Source: a bacterium
GTDB taxonomy: Bacteria > Acidobacteriota > Thermoanaerobaculia > Multivoradales > J023
Direction of reading: 5' to 3'
DNA: 64,000 nt
NCBI GenBank assembly: GCA_024226315.1
Contig: JAAELT010000366.1
Span: 4,163-68,162, forward strand
The position numbers and the translations under genes are program-made. Positions 17,031 through 26,652 of the stretch are shown piece by piece. Each line of letters opens with the position of its first letter. The first letter of the stretch is position 1. Below the pieces are notes generated by a model. The model ran no database searches and was not told where the DNA came from. It saw only the letters and a list, made by a program, of their open reading frames with translations.

Positions 17031-18383
17031 TCAGCCGCCGCTCACCCTCAGGCTCTTAGAGACCATCCTCTTGCCCACCCTCACAGCAGCCACGACCACC
17101 CCCAACTGCGGAGCACTCATCCGTCTCAAGATATGCCCCGGAGCGCTCTTGAAATGCAGCCTGGCAATCTGAGACGCCATCTCAGACACAGAACCCTTCC
17201 CAGGGCCGACCTGCCTCGCCACCTCGAGCAAGGGCCCGAGCACCTGCTGCTCTTGCGCCCGCAGATCCCGCACCATCTTGATCTCCCGATTCCCCAAAGT
17301 GACCCACAGATCATGCATCTCGAGCCCCTCCATCTCCTGCCCGAGCCGAACCAGAAGCGTTTCCCTGCTCGGAAACGCCTCGCGCAGCTCGCGGCCCTCA
17401 GCCATCCTCTCCATGTACTCCCGCGCCGAGGACAAGTCAGACCCGAACTCCGCCCGCCGCGCCCACTCGCCCCGCAGCACCTCCGCCTTGCTGCGAGCAA
17501 AGAGCCGCGCCCGCTGCCGATCACCCGTCTCCCACCCCAGGACACTACGCCCCCGCAGCTCACCGAACGACTCCGGGTGCGTCTCGATCAACTCAGCCGC
17601 CACCAGGTCCCCCTCCTCGAGCACGTACCCCTCCATCGCCTCGAGAGCCTCCTGAGGCTGACTGAAGATCTGCTCGACGTTCTCCTTCAAGACCTGCTTC
17701 GCGGTCCGCACCCGCTCGAGCTGGCCCCGCAGCTCATAGACGTTGCCTCCGAAGAGCAGCTCGGCCTTCCCTTCAGCACTGAGGCGCGCCTGTTGCTCGA
17801 GCTGCTCGATCCGGCCCAAATCCCTTACCAGCCGAACCACTCGCTGCACCTGCGTCGGCCGTGGTCCCCGAAACCGACTCTCCACCCGCCCGGCCAGGCG
17901 AGGAAGCCGCTCCCTGACCTCAGGCGACACCTCGAGCGTGGGCCGCAAGTCATGCCGCCTCAGCCCCCGTCCCTCAGCGCGCAGCACCACATCTTCAGAA
18001 GCGCTCTGCACCGGCAGCGCCGGATCCCGAGGATCCGCGACTCGTGCCAGATCCATGATCTCCGCCTCCAAGTACCTCGCCCGCGTCATCGCCGCCTCGC
18101 CGCTGTAGTCCGGATCCACCGGAAACCGCGCCCGCTCCACCAGCTTCGGCCCGATCCGATCAAACGCCACCCGAGCCTCGGCTTCGGCGATCGCCTCCTC
18201 AGGAGCCCGCGCCAGCTGGGACGCCATCTCCCGAATCTCCACCTCGAGCTCCGCGACCGCCTCGACGTCGACCACCTCATGATGGGCGTATTCCCGCCGC
18301 GCAACCGCCGTCTCGAGCCTGCGCTCCAGCCGATACCTTTCAATCGGCTCGAGGTTCGCTGCTTCCCGTTCGATCCAGGGCAC
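17031..18383 (-). CDS. BID-like-domain protein 3 (divergent paralogue)
   Basis: GGNVYEL, IFSQPQEA, HPESFGELRGRSVLG..T..RQRA, FPSRE.LL, APGHILRRMSAPQ. Confidence 0.8.
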   Translation of the reverse strand: MPWIEREAANLEPIERYRLERRLETAVARREYAHHEVVDVEAVAELEVEIREMASQLARAPEEAIAEAEARVAFDRIGPKLVERARFPVDPDYSGEAAMTRARYLEAEIMDLARVADPRDPALPVQSASEDVVLRAEGRGLRRHDLRPTLEVSPEVRERLPRLAGRVESRFRGPRPTQVQRVVRLVRDLGRIEQLEQQARLSAEGKAELLFGGNVYELRGQLERVRTAKQVLKENVEQIFSQPQEALEAMEGYVLEEGDLVAAELIETHPESFGELRGRSVLGWETGDRQRARLFARSKAEVLRGEWARRAEFGSDLSSAREYMERMAEGRELREAFPSRETLLVRLGQEMEGLEMHDLWVTLGNREIKMVRDLRAQEQQVLGPLLEVARQVGPGKGSVSEMASQIARLHFKSAPGHILRRMSAPQLGVVVAAVRVGKRMVSKSLRVSGG

Positions 18384-18394
18384 GCCTCAACCCC

Positions 18395-18814
18395 CTAGAG
18401 CGGGATGTCGTCGTCTTCCGGCTCAGGAGCGCCGTCTGAAGCCGGCGCCGCTTCCTCATCGACCTTGGCCGCCAAAGCGTGCTCGGTCGCCGACCCCAGC
18501 ATCTGGAAACCCCGGCAGAAGATCTCGGTGCGATGCCGCCTCTCGCCCGTCTCCCGATCCTCCCAGGAGCGAGTCTGGATCCGCCCCTCGACATAGACCT
18601 GCCGGCCGCGCCTCAAGTACTGCCGCGCAACCTCCGCCTGGCGCCCGAAACACACCACGTTGTGCCACTCGGTCGCCTCCTGCCGGTTGCCGTCGCGGCC
18701 CCGCCACCGGTGATGGGTGGCCAGCGAGAAGCTCGCCACCGGCGTGCCGGTGCTCGTCGAACGCAGCACCGGGTCGCTCCCGAGATTGCCGACCAGAATC
18801 GCCTTGTTGATCAT
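18395..18814 (-). CDS. ssb: Single-stranded DNA-binding protein
   Basis: MINKAILVGNLG.DP, TEWHNVV.FG, G.QVYVEGRIQTRSW, acidic tail DDDIPL; AGGAG RBS. Confidence 0.96.
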   Translation of the reverse strand: MINKAILVGNLGSDPVLRSTSTGTPVASFSLATHHRWRGRDGNRQEATEWHNVVCFGRQAEVARQYLRRGRQVYVEGRIQTRSWEDRETGERRHRTEIFCRGFQMLGSATEHALAAKVDEEAAPASDGAPEPEDDDIPL

Positions 18815-19090
18815 CGCCTCAGCTCCTTTCTCGATCGGTTGTTTGCCACACGCCGGGAAGACCCCGACCTCCCACCGGACACCGCCCGCTCCAACGTCGC
18901 CACTCACCAGGCGCCTGAGCACGAGCCGCCCGATCGGCAGCTCGAGCGCGGCGCCCCAGGTCCCGCAGAGGCCGAGCCAGGTCGCAAACGGCAGCGACGA
19001 GCGCGCCGCTGCCGCACGCCACCGGCGCTCGACCCAACCGGAAACCTCGACGACGATCCGAGCCATGGCGATGCCCCCACAGGCGCACCC

Positions 19091-22000
19091 CTAGGACAGC
19101 CGCCGCTCCCCACGCAGACGCCAGGCGGCGATTCCCCCGAGGACGACCACGAAGATGGCGAGACCCCACGGCGAAAGCACGGGGATGTCGACCACACCCA
19201 AGCCCCCACTGAGCTCGGTCACGGTGGGATCATTCGGCTCCGGGGTGGCAGGATCGTCGGTGAGGACAGTGGGGAAGTGGGGACTCTCGATCCGGCCCTG
19301 GGCCTGCACCTCGCTCAACCCACCTGCCTCCACCACCTCCACCGCGTAGAAGATCAGCATCTCGCCGCGCGGTTCAAGCGAGCTTCTCTCCACCACAAAC
19401 GAACCATCCCCCTCGATCACGTGCGAGCCTTCCGAGGAGGCACTGCCCTCGAGATACCTCGTGTGCGGATCGAGATCGACCGAGTACGTCAATTCAAGCG
19501 CCGCAGCCTTCCCCACGTTGCGGACGGCGACGTCGTACTCGATGACCACACCGTCGACACCGTAGGGCCCGCCGTCGACGATCCAGTCCGTCTTCTCAGC
19601 GACGATCTCCGGCTCACCGACCGGCGGTGGCAGGACCGCCACGATCGGAGTCGTCTCGATGGCGAGATTGTTCGTAGGGTCGAGATCCTCGCCGCCCGAG
19701 CCGTCGTCCAGCACCGACGCGACGTTCTCGAGCTCCCGGCGGTCAATGACGTCCGCTGAGAGCACGAAACCGATCACGAACACCTGCGCCGGCGCGCCCG
19801 CGGCCACGTTGCCCACCGCGAGCGAGCAGGTCGTCTCGCCACACCCCCACTCCGGACCGCTCGCCACCGCGCTGAAGCTCGTCAGGTCCGGAATCACGTC
19901 GTTGATCACGACGCCCGTGGCGTCCTGGTTGCCGGCGTTGGAGACGGCGATCGTGTAGAGCACCAGACCGTCCGGCTTGATCGCCGTCCCGCCATCGTCC
20001 TTGACCACCGTCAGGTCCGGACCGGTGCCGCCTGTGCCTACGCGCAATGGCGTGGCCTCACTCGCGGAGTTGTCCGCCGGATCGAGATCGGCACCGTTGG
20101 CACCGTCGTCGCTCGCGGTGACGGCGTTTGCGATCTCGCGCACGCCTGCTGAGACGGGCGAGTCGACGAGAAACGCGATTTCGAAGCTCGGGGGCGGATC
20201 GCCGACGTCGAGCGCACCGACTGAGAACGTACAGGCGGATCCCGGAACGACCTCGGCACACACCCACCCCGGATCGCTCGCTGAGCTCTCGAATACCACG
20301 TGATCGGGGACGATGTTCTCGAGGACGACACCCGCAGCGCCTCTGTTGCCGACGTTCTCGACGCTCACCGTGTAGGTCACGACCTCACCCGCGCTGGTCA
20401 TGGCGCCGCCATCGTCCAGCGTGCCGACCAGATCGGGCCCTGAGCCCGAGCCCGAGCTGATGGGCGTCGACTCCGTGTCGCTGTTGTCGGCGGGGTCGAG
20501 ATCCGCTCCGCCGGAGCCGTCGTCGGCCACGGTCGCGGTGTTCGAAATCTTGGTGACTCCAGCTGCCAACGGGTCGTTGACCACGAACGTGATGCCGACA
20601 CTGAGCGCCACAGCACCCACATCCACGCCACCAACGCCGAGCGTGCAGGTACCAGCCGTGCAGCTCCAGCCCGGCGTGCTGGCTGGACTGTTGAACGAAG
20701 CGTTCGCCGGGACGGCGTCCGTGATGACCACCCCCGAGGCGTGCTGGTTGCCCACGTTCTCGACCGTGAGCGTGTAGCCCACGCTCTCGCCGGCGCCGAC
20801 GCTGACGCCGGCGTCATCCTTGACGAGGACCAGATCCGGGCCGGTGCCGCCGCCAGGACCTGATGAGATCGGCGTGGTCACGGAGGCGGTGTTGTTCGAC
20901 AGGTCGGGATCCACTCCGCCGGTGCCGTCGTCGGAGGTCGTGGCGGTGTTGAGAATCGCCGTCACTCCCGCCGCCAGAGGTGAGTCGACCGTGACCGCGA
21001 ACTGAATGTCCTGCGGCGAAGATCCCGCCCGCAGCACCGGAATGAAGAACGTGCAGGTCGATCCCGGGCCGCCGTCAGGACAGCTCCAGCCGACGTCGCT
21101 GGCCAGAGTGTCGAAGCGGGTGTGATCCGGCACCACGTCGGTCACCTCCACGCCCGAGGCGTCCTGGTTGCCCAGGTTCTCAACCGACAGCGTGTAGACG
21201 ACGGTGTCACCCGCGTCGGCGGTGACCCCGCCGTCGCTCTTGACCACTGCCAAGTCGGGTGCGGTGCCGCCTCCCGGACCCGTGCCGAGGGGCGTCGAGT
21301 CCGTGGCGGTGTTGTTCGAAAGGTCGGGGTCGACGCCGCCCGAGCCGTCGTCGGAGGCAGAAGCGGTGTTGGTGATATCGCTCACGCCGGCGGCGAGCGG
21401 TGAGTCGACCGTCACCGCGAACTGGACGCTCGGCGCCGAGGTGGCCGCGGCCACGGTGCCGAGGAGTAGCGTGCAGGTCGATCCGGCACCCGTGCCCGCG
21501 CAGCTCCAGCCTGCCTCACTGGCGGCGGCCTCGAAGCGGGTGTTCTGCGGCACGGTCTCGGTCAAGAGGACACCGGAGGCATCCTGGTTGCCCAGGTTCT
21601 GAACCGACAACCTGTAGACGATGGCCTCGCCGGCGTTCGCGGTAATCCCGCCGTCGGTCTTGGAGAGAGCCAGGTCGGGTGCCGTACCGCCTCCCGGACC
21701 CGTGCCGAGGGGCGTTGAGTCCGTGGCGGTGTTGCTCGAGGGGTCGGGGTCGACGCCGCCCGAGCCGTCGTCGGAGGCAGAAGCGGTGTTGGTGATCTCG
21801 GTGACCCCTGCAGCGACGGGCGAGTCTACGTCCACAGCGAAGAGGAAGTTCGAGGGAGCCGCGCCCGCGGCTAGCAGCGGCACGCTCAGCGTGCAGGTCG
21901 AGCCCGCGACCGCACCCGAGCAACTCCAGGCACCGTCGCTCGATACCGCGTTGAACCCCGCGTGCGCGGGCACCGTCTCCGTGACCGTCACGCCCGAAGC

Positions 22001-23776
22001 ATCCTGGTTGCCCAGGTTTTGAAGCGACAGCGTGTAGACGACCGTCTCGCCGGCGTCGACCGTGACGCCACCGTCGGTCTTGGCCAACGCCAGGTCCGGT
22101 GCCGTACCGCCTCCCGGACCCGTGCCGAGCGGCGTCGAGTCCGTGGCGGTGTTGTCGGCGAGGTCGAGGTCGACGCCACCGGTGCCGTCGTCTGAGACCG
22201 TGGCGGTGTTGGTGATCGCGGTGATCCCCGCCCCTACCGGCGAGATCACGTCGAATGCAATCACCGGCTGCTGAGGCGGCGCTCCGGCAGCGACGTCGCC
22301 TACCAGCAGCGTGCAGGTGTCCGCGGCACAGCTCCAGCCTGGGGAGCTCGCGCTAGCTGAGAACCTCGCGTTCGCCGGGACCGTGTCGGTGATGATCACC
22401 CCCGCGGCGTCCTGACTACCCGTGTTCGAGAGCGTCAGCGTGTAGGACACCGATCCGCCGGCATCGGTCGTCACGCCGCCGTCGTCTTTGGACAGCACCA
22501 GGTCAGGTCCCGTGCCCCCGCCGAAGTCGATTGGCGTCACCTCGGACGCCGCGTTGTCCGCGCTTACCAAGTCCGGCCCCACGGTCCCATCGTCGGTGAC
22601 CATCGCGGAGTTGGTGATCGCAGTGACTCCCGCAGCCAGCGGGTCATCGACCCGGAAGCCGATGGTGACGACCCTCGGCGGTTCGACCACCCGCACCGTG
22701 CCCGCCGCCAGCGAGCAGCTACCGCCCGAGCAGCTCCAGCCAGCCGAGCTCATCGAAGGGTCGAAGCTGGTCTCAGCCGGTACCGCGTCTGAGAGCACCA
22801 CGCCGGCCGCATCCTGCGTGCCCACGTTGTCGACGCTCAGCGTGTAGACCACCGTCTGGCCCGCGCCGACGCTTGCTACGCCGTCGTCCTTGGTCAAGCG
22901 CAAATCGACGCCGGTCGCGGGCGAGTCGATCGGCGTCGTGTCGGTAGCGGTGTTGCTCGAGGGATCGAGGTCGGGCTCCGAGGCGCCGTCGTCTGAGACG
23001 ACAACAGTGTTGCTGATCTCGGTCACGCCCGCCGCCAGCGGCAAGTCGACAGCAAAGGCGATGTCGAAGCTCCTCGGCGCATCGAGCACACCGATGAAAC
23101 CCACCGCCAGCGAGCAGCTTCCCGCGGAACACGCCCACCCCGGATCGCTCTCGGCAGAGCTGAAGGTGGTATTCGTTGGCACGACGTCTGAGAGCACCAC
23201 GCCACCCGTGTCCTGGGTTCCCTCGTTCGAGACGGTGATCGTGTAGACGACCACGTCGCCCGCGCCAGCCAACGCGCCGCCGTCGGTCTTGGTGACCACC
23301 AGGTCAGGTCCCGTTTCCGGGCTGAACGGCGTGACGTCGAAGGCGAAGTTGTTCGAGGGATCGAGGTCGAGGCCCGAGGAGCCGTCGTCGCCCACGAGCG
23401 AGATGTTGCGGATCGCCTGAGCCGCCACCGGCAGCGGCGAGTCGACGTCGAAGCCGATCAGGAACGTCTGAGCCGGTGCGCCACCGGCCACGGCCGCGAG
23501 CGACAGGAAGCAGCTCACCAGCGGATTCGAGCAGCTCCAGGCCGGATCGCTCACGGCCGCGTTGAAGGTCACGTTCGCTGGCGCTACATCCCTCAGCAGC
23601 ACGCCGGTCGCGGTGCCGCCGGCGTTTTCCACCGTGATGGCGTAGATCACGGTATCGCCGGGAGTGGCGACCACTCCCCCGTCGTCCTTGGTCACGATCA
23701 GATCGGGCGGTTGCGCTGCGGTGGCTGCGGCGATGAGCAGGCAGAGGAATGTCGAAAGCAGGAATCTTCGGGTCAT
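19091..23776 (-). CDS. Giant DUF11-repeat surface protein with signal peptide and IPTL-CTERM-like sorting signal
   Basis: About ten ~140-aa repeats (PDL...K.DGG..G..V.YT.V.N.G..DA.GV.L.D.VP, W.C...C); C-terminal IPVLSPWGLAIFVVVLGGIAAWRLR. Confidence 0.9.
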   Translation of the reverse strand: MTRRFLLSTFLCLLIAAATAAQPPDLIVTKDDGGVVATPGDTVIYAITVENAGGTATGVLLRDVAPANVTFNAAVSDPAWSCSNPLVSCFLSLAAVAGGAPAQTFLIGFDVDSPLPVAAQAIRNISLVGDDGSSGLDLDPSNNFAFDVTPFSPETGPDLVVTKTDGGALAGAGDVVVYTITVSNEGTQDTGGVVLSDVVPTNTTFSSAESDPGWACSAGSCSLAVGFIGVLDAPRSFDIAFAVDLPLAAGVTEISNTVVVSDDGASEPDLDPSSNTATDTTPIDSPATGVDLRLTKDDGVASVGAGQTVVYTLSVDNVGTQDAAGVVLSDAVPAETSFDPSMSSAGWSCSGGSCSLAAGTVRVVEPPRVVTIGFRVDDPLAAGVTAITNSAMVTDDGTVGPDLVSADNAASEVTPIDFGGGTGPDLVLSKDDGGVTTDAGGSVSYTLTLSNTGSQDAAGVIITDTVPANARFSASASSPGWSCAADTCTLLVGDVAAGAPPQQPVIAFDVISPVGAGITAITNTATVSDDGTGGVDLDLADNTATDSTPLGTGPGGGTAPDLALAKTDGGVTVDAGETVVYTLSLQNLGNQDASGVTVTETVPAHAGFNAVSSDGAWSCSGAVAGSTCTLSVPLLAAGAAPSNFLFAVDVDSPVAAGVTEITNTASASDDGSGGVDPDPSSNTATDSTPLGTGPGGGTAPDLALSKTDGGITANAGEAIVYRLSVQNLGNQDASGVLLTETVPQNTRFEAAASEAGWSCAGTGAGSTCTLLLGTVAAATSAPSVQFAVTVDSPLAAGVSDITNTASASDDGSGGVDPDLSNNTATDSTPLGTGPGGGTAPDLAVVKSDGGVTADAGDTVVYTLSVENLGNQDASGVEVTDVVPDHTRFDTLASDVGWSCPDGGPGSTCTFFIPVLRAGSSPQDIQFAVTVDSPLAAGVTAILNTATTSDDGTGGVDPDLSNNTASVTTPISSGPGGGTGPDLVLVKDDAGVSVGAGESVGYTLTVENVGNQHASGVVITDAVPANASFNSPASTPGWSCTAGTCTLGVGGVDVGAVALSVGITFVVNDPLAAGVTKISNTATVADDGSGGADLDPADNSDTESTPISSGSGSGPDLVGTLDDGGAMTSAGEVVTYTVSVENVGNRGAAGVVLENIVPDHVVFESSASDPGWVCAEVVPGSACTFSVGALDVGDPPPSFEIAFLVDSPVSAGVREIANAVTASDDGANGADLDPADNSASEATPLRVGTGGTGPDLTVVKDDGGTAIKPDGLVLYTIAVSNAGNQDATGVVINDVIPDLTSFSAVASGPEWGCGETTCSLAVGNVAAGAPAQVFVIGFVLSADVIDRRELENVASVLDDGSGGEDLDPTNNLAIETTPIVAVLPPPVGEPEIVAEKTDWIVDGGPYGVDGVVIEYDVAVRNVGKAAALELTYSVDLDPHTRYLEGSASSEGSHVIEGDGSFVVERSSLEPRGEMLIFYAVEVVEAGGLSEVQAQGRIESPHFPTVLTDDPATPEPNDPTVTELSGGLGVVDIPVLSPWGLAIFVVVLGGIAAWRLRGERRLS

Positions 23777-23795
23777 GGCGGGGTCCTCCGGACGA

Positions 23796-24974
23796 TCAGG
23801 AATAGGGCTCGGCGAACGTCAGGTCGCCGGTCAGGAACACGTTGAAAGCGGTACCGGCACGGATCCGCACCGTGGGCGGGATCGAGCCGTTGCGACGCAG
23901 GATCTCGGCGGAGGCTCGTTCGAGCTCGCGCGAGGCGCCGCCGATAGCGAGCTCCCCGGCTGAGAGCCCGAGCTCGTTACCCCCGGGCTGCGCCGCCTCG
24001 AAGCCGGCGCTCAGGAGCGACAGCAGCAGGGCGTTGCCGAAGATCCGCGCGGTGTGGTGGTCGACCCGGTCGTTCAGGCCGCTGCGACCCTGGGCGTCGA
24101 CCGCCGGTAGGTCGGAGACGTCGATCGCGGAACCATCAGGCAGCAGGAAACGGATCCAGACGACCGCAAGGCGGTTCTGGCCGATCTCGAGACCGGAGTC
24201 ATAAGCGCCGACGAGCTTGGTGCCGCGAGGCAGGAGAAGGTGGCGATAGTTGAGCGAGTCGCGGACGTCGCTCGAGATGTGCGCCAGGACCTGGCCGGGG
24301 AGATCGGAGTTGATCTCGGTCAGGAGCTGTGCGCGGATGACCGTCCCCTGCCGGAGCAGGAACGGTCCGGCTGGAGCCTGAAGGCGCGCCTGTCGGTGGT
24401 GCGTCGCAGGAGCCTTGCGGGAGGCGGTCTCCGGCGTGCCGGGCCCGAGCGTCTCCTGGAGCCTCTCGAGCGAACCTGCCGAGAGGGTCGTGGGCGGGTT
24501 TCGAAGCAACTCGCCGAGGGCCCGGTTGTGCTCCTCGAAGTCCGCGAAGACCGAGCTCAGATCCGAGGTCGGCGAGCCGGGAGATCGCCGAGCCAGACCT
24601 GGCGGCTGCCGGCGGCGCGAGTAGGCGATCGGCTCTGAGAAGGCCCGCTTGACGCGGTCTGAGATCTCAGATTCAGGTGGCGGTAGCGTCTCTGGAGGCT
24701 CCGGCCGGCCCAGAAACGGGCCGAGGTCCGGCTCGAAGATCGGCGGTGGCGCGGACTCCGCCTCGGGAAGATCCTCGAGCAGCTCGCGCGGCGGCTGAAG
24801 GCTGCCCGTGTCGATGGCGGGCTCGGGCCGAACGATCGGACCCTCGGAGCTGCGGGTCAGCAAGAAGGTGACGATGCCGAGGGTGAGGACAACGACTGCA
24901 CTCGCCACCACGATGCGTCGCTTGTTGAAGCCGGAGGTCGCAGGGACGGGCCGGGACAGTACCGGACGCTTCAT
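23796..24974 (-). CDS. trbI: T4SS TrbI/VirB10
   Basis: GTVIRAQLLTEINSDLPG, GQNRLAVVW, G.SGLNDRVDHH, IPPTVRIRAG; N-terminal TM and Pro-rich linker. Confidence 0.95.
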   Translation of the reverse strand: MKRPVLSRPVPATSGFNKRRIVVASAVVVLTLGIVTFLLTRSSEGPIVRPEPAIDTGSLQPPRELLEDLPEAESAPPPIFEPDLGPFLGRPEPPETLPPPESEISDRVKRAFSEPIAYSRRRQPPGLARRSPGSPTSDLSSVFADFEEHNRALGELLRNPPTTLSAGSLERLQETLGPGTPETASRKAPATHHRQARLQAPAGPFLLRQGTVIRAQLLTEINSDLPGQVLAHISSDVRDSLNYRHLLLPRGTKLVGAYDSGLEIGQNRLAVVWIRFLLPDGSAIDVSDLPAVDAQGRSGLNDRVDHHTARIFGNALLLSLLSAGFEAAQPGGNELGLSAGELAIGGASRELERASAEILRRNGSIPPTVRIRAGTAFNVFLTGDLTFAEPYS

Positions 24975-25957
24975 TGAAGCGCCTCGTTGATCAGGTGCAG
25001 GCGAGCCTGTCCATCGCCGTGCGGCAGCACCAGCACCAGGTGCTCCGCGACCCTCGGGACGACGAGCAGCGACGGATCGGTGGCCGCGGGAGAGAAGTTG
25101 ACGATCGCGTCCTCACCACCCGTGACCTCGAAGATCGCCGGCAGGTCTCGGGCGCCCTCAGGCAGCTTGATGTAGGTGCGAACGCCGTCGTCGAAGACAG
25201 CCGCCGGCCGCCAGGGAAAGCGCGGTGAGCGCTTGAGAGGATTCCTCGAGCGGTGAGGGCGGACGTTGTAGCGCCAGTTGAGGTCTTCGATGCCGTCAGC
25301 AGCGGCGAGGCGGGTCGGAGCCGGCTTCTTCGAATCTTCGGCCAACGCGTCGGCCTGCAGCGCCCGCAGCTGCGCTCGCGTGGTCCAGCGCCGCAGCAGA
25401 TCGTCGGGGTAGTAGAAGCTCAGCTGGCGGTGGTAGGGACGCTGCGGGTTGGGATCCCTGGCGCCCGAATCCGTGCAGGGCGGTAGCTCCAGGAGGACGT
25501 CGTAGAAGCGCCGGTCGGTGGTGATGACGAGGTTGGTGGTCTTGTTGCAGGTGTCGCCCAGCTCGAAGTCGACCATCGGCCGCACGCCAACGATCGGAGT
25601 CGAGCCGCCGGGCCCAGTGGAGAGCTCGAAGGTCTGCCAGTGCTGAGCGTCCCCGGTCACAACGTCGAGGACGATCTCGCCCTCCTCGAGCACGATCTCG
25701 CAGATCCTCAGCGGCGCGCAGACGAGCGCGGGCTGCCGGTGGCCGAAGGGAAAGCGCTCGACCGTTCCTTCGTAGATGATCTGGGTGGTTGCGGTGTGGC
25801 CGCTGTGGCCGTAGTCGACAGTGGCGTCGCGGACGGAGGAGGAGACGCTCGACTCACCCTCGGCCTCCTCGGTCCAGGTCACAGCACCCTCTACTGGCAC
25901 CGCTGGGATCAGGGGCAGGCAACAGGCGAAGAGCAGAGCGAAACGGCGCGAGGTCAT
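24971..25957 (-). CDS. trbG: T4SS TrbG/VirB9
   Basis: Signal peptide; CAPLRICEIVLEEGE, TNLVITTDRRFY, LNWRY, PAAVFDDGVRTYI. Confidence 0.93.
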   Translation of the reverse strand: MTSRRFALLFACCLPLIPAVPVEGAVTWTEEAEGESSVSSSVRDATVDYGHSGHTATTQIIYEGTVERFPFGHRQPALVCAPLRICEIVLEEGEIVLDVVTGDAQHWQTFELSTGPGGSTPIVGVRPMVDFELGDTCNKTTNLVITTDRRFYDVLLELPPCTDSGARDPNPQRPYHRQLSFYYPDDLLRRWTTRAQLRALQADALAEDSKKPAPTRLAAADGIEDLNWRYNVRPHRSRNPLKRSPRFPWRPAAVFDDGVRTYIKLPEGARDLPAIFEVTGGEDAIVNFSPAATDPSLLVVPRVAEHLVLVLPHGDGQARLHLINEALQ

Positions 25958-26652
25958 CGGGGATCTCCTTCGAGTTGGTCGCTGGTCTTCGACCAGGTGA
26001 GGTTGGTGACGTAGAGCCCGAGCGGGTTCTGGGCGCTGATCGACGCCCGCTTGCGAGCCGGCACGAGCTCGACCTCGAGCACCGCGGTCCACGAGGTCCG
26101 GGAGAGCTGGCGCGCGTGCGCCCGGGTGGTCTCGGTCTCGGTCCACTGGATCTGCCAGGAAGATTCCGACAGCGGCAGGAGCGAGAGGATGTGGACCTCG
26201 CGGTAGACCGAAAGAGCCAGGCGCCGGGGATCGTTCACGGGGTCTGAGAAGTAGCGGTCGAGCGTGGTGCGCACGGGTCGGGTGGCGTGCACCAGGGCGC
26301 GGCTGCGGTTTCGAAAGAGCGCCCGCCGATCGGCGACGACGGTGCGCAGATCGATCAGGAACTCGCTCAGCTCGTGGCGGATGTAGAGCTCGGGATCCTT
26401 GGTCTGGCGCGCCGGGCCGGCGTAGACCGTGCGGCCGAGGGGATCGACCTCGACGACGTGCACCAGCACCCGGCGGTGAGCCGCCTGCTGGACGAGACCG
26501 GCGACGAGAATGGCGATGACCGCCAGCGCGGCATAGAACGCCACCTGCCACGAGCGGGCGGTGTCGGCCAGGCGGATGAAAGGAGCGTCGAAGACGCGGC
26601 CCTGCTCCAGACCAGCGAGCGCGGTCCCGGCCAGCTCGGAGCGCTCGCTCAC
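25954..26652 (-). CDS. trbF: T4SS TrbF/VirB8
   Basis: N-terminal TM, HVVEVD..G, SWQIQWTE, NPLGLYV. Confidence 0.92.
   Translation of the reverse strand: MSERSELAGTALAGLEQGRVFDAPFIRLADTARSWQVAFYAALAVIAILVAGLVQQAAHRRVLVHVVEVDPLGRTVYAGPARQTKDPELYIRHELSEFLIDLRTVVADRRALFRNRSRALVHATRPVRTTLDRYFSDPVNDPRRLALSVYREVHILSLLPLSESSWQIQWTETETTRAHARQLSRTSWTAVLEVELVPARKRASISAQNPLGLYVTNLTWSKTSDQLEGDPR

Noticed and set aside
18022-18036. Additional repeat core (ggatcccgaggatcc)
   Set aside because: Lies inside a coding region, with a different spacer and none of the flanking repeat blocks.
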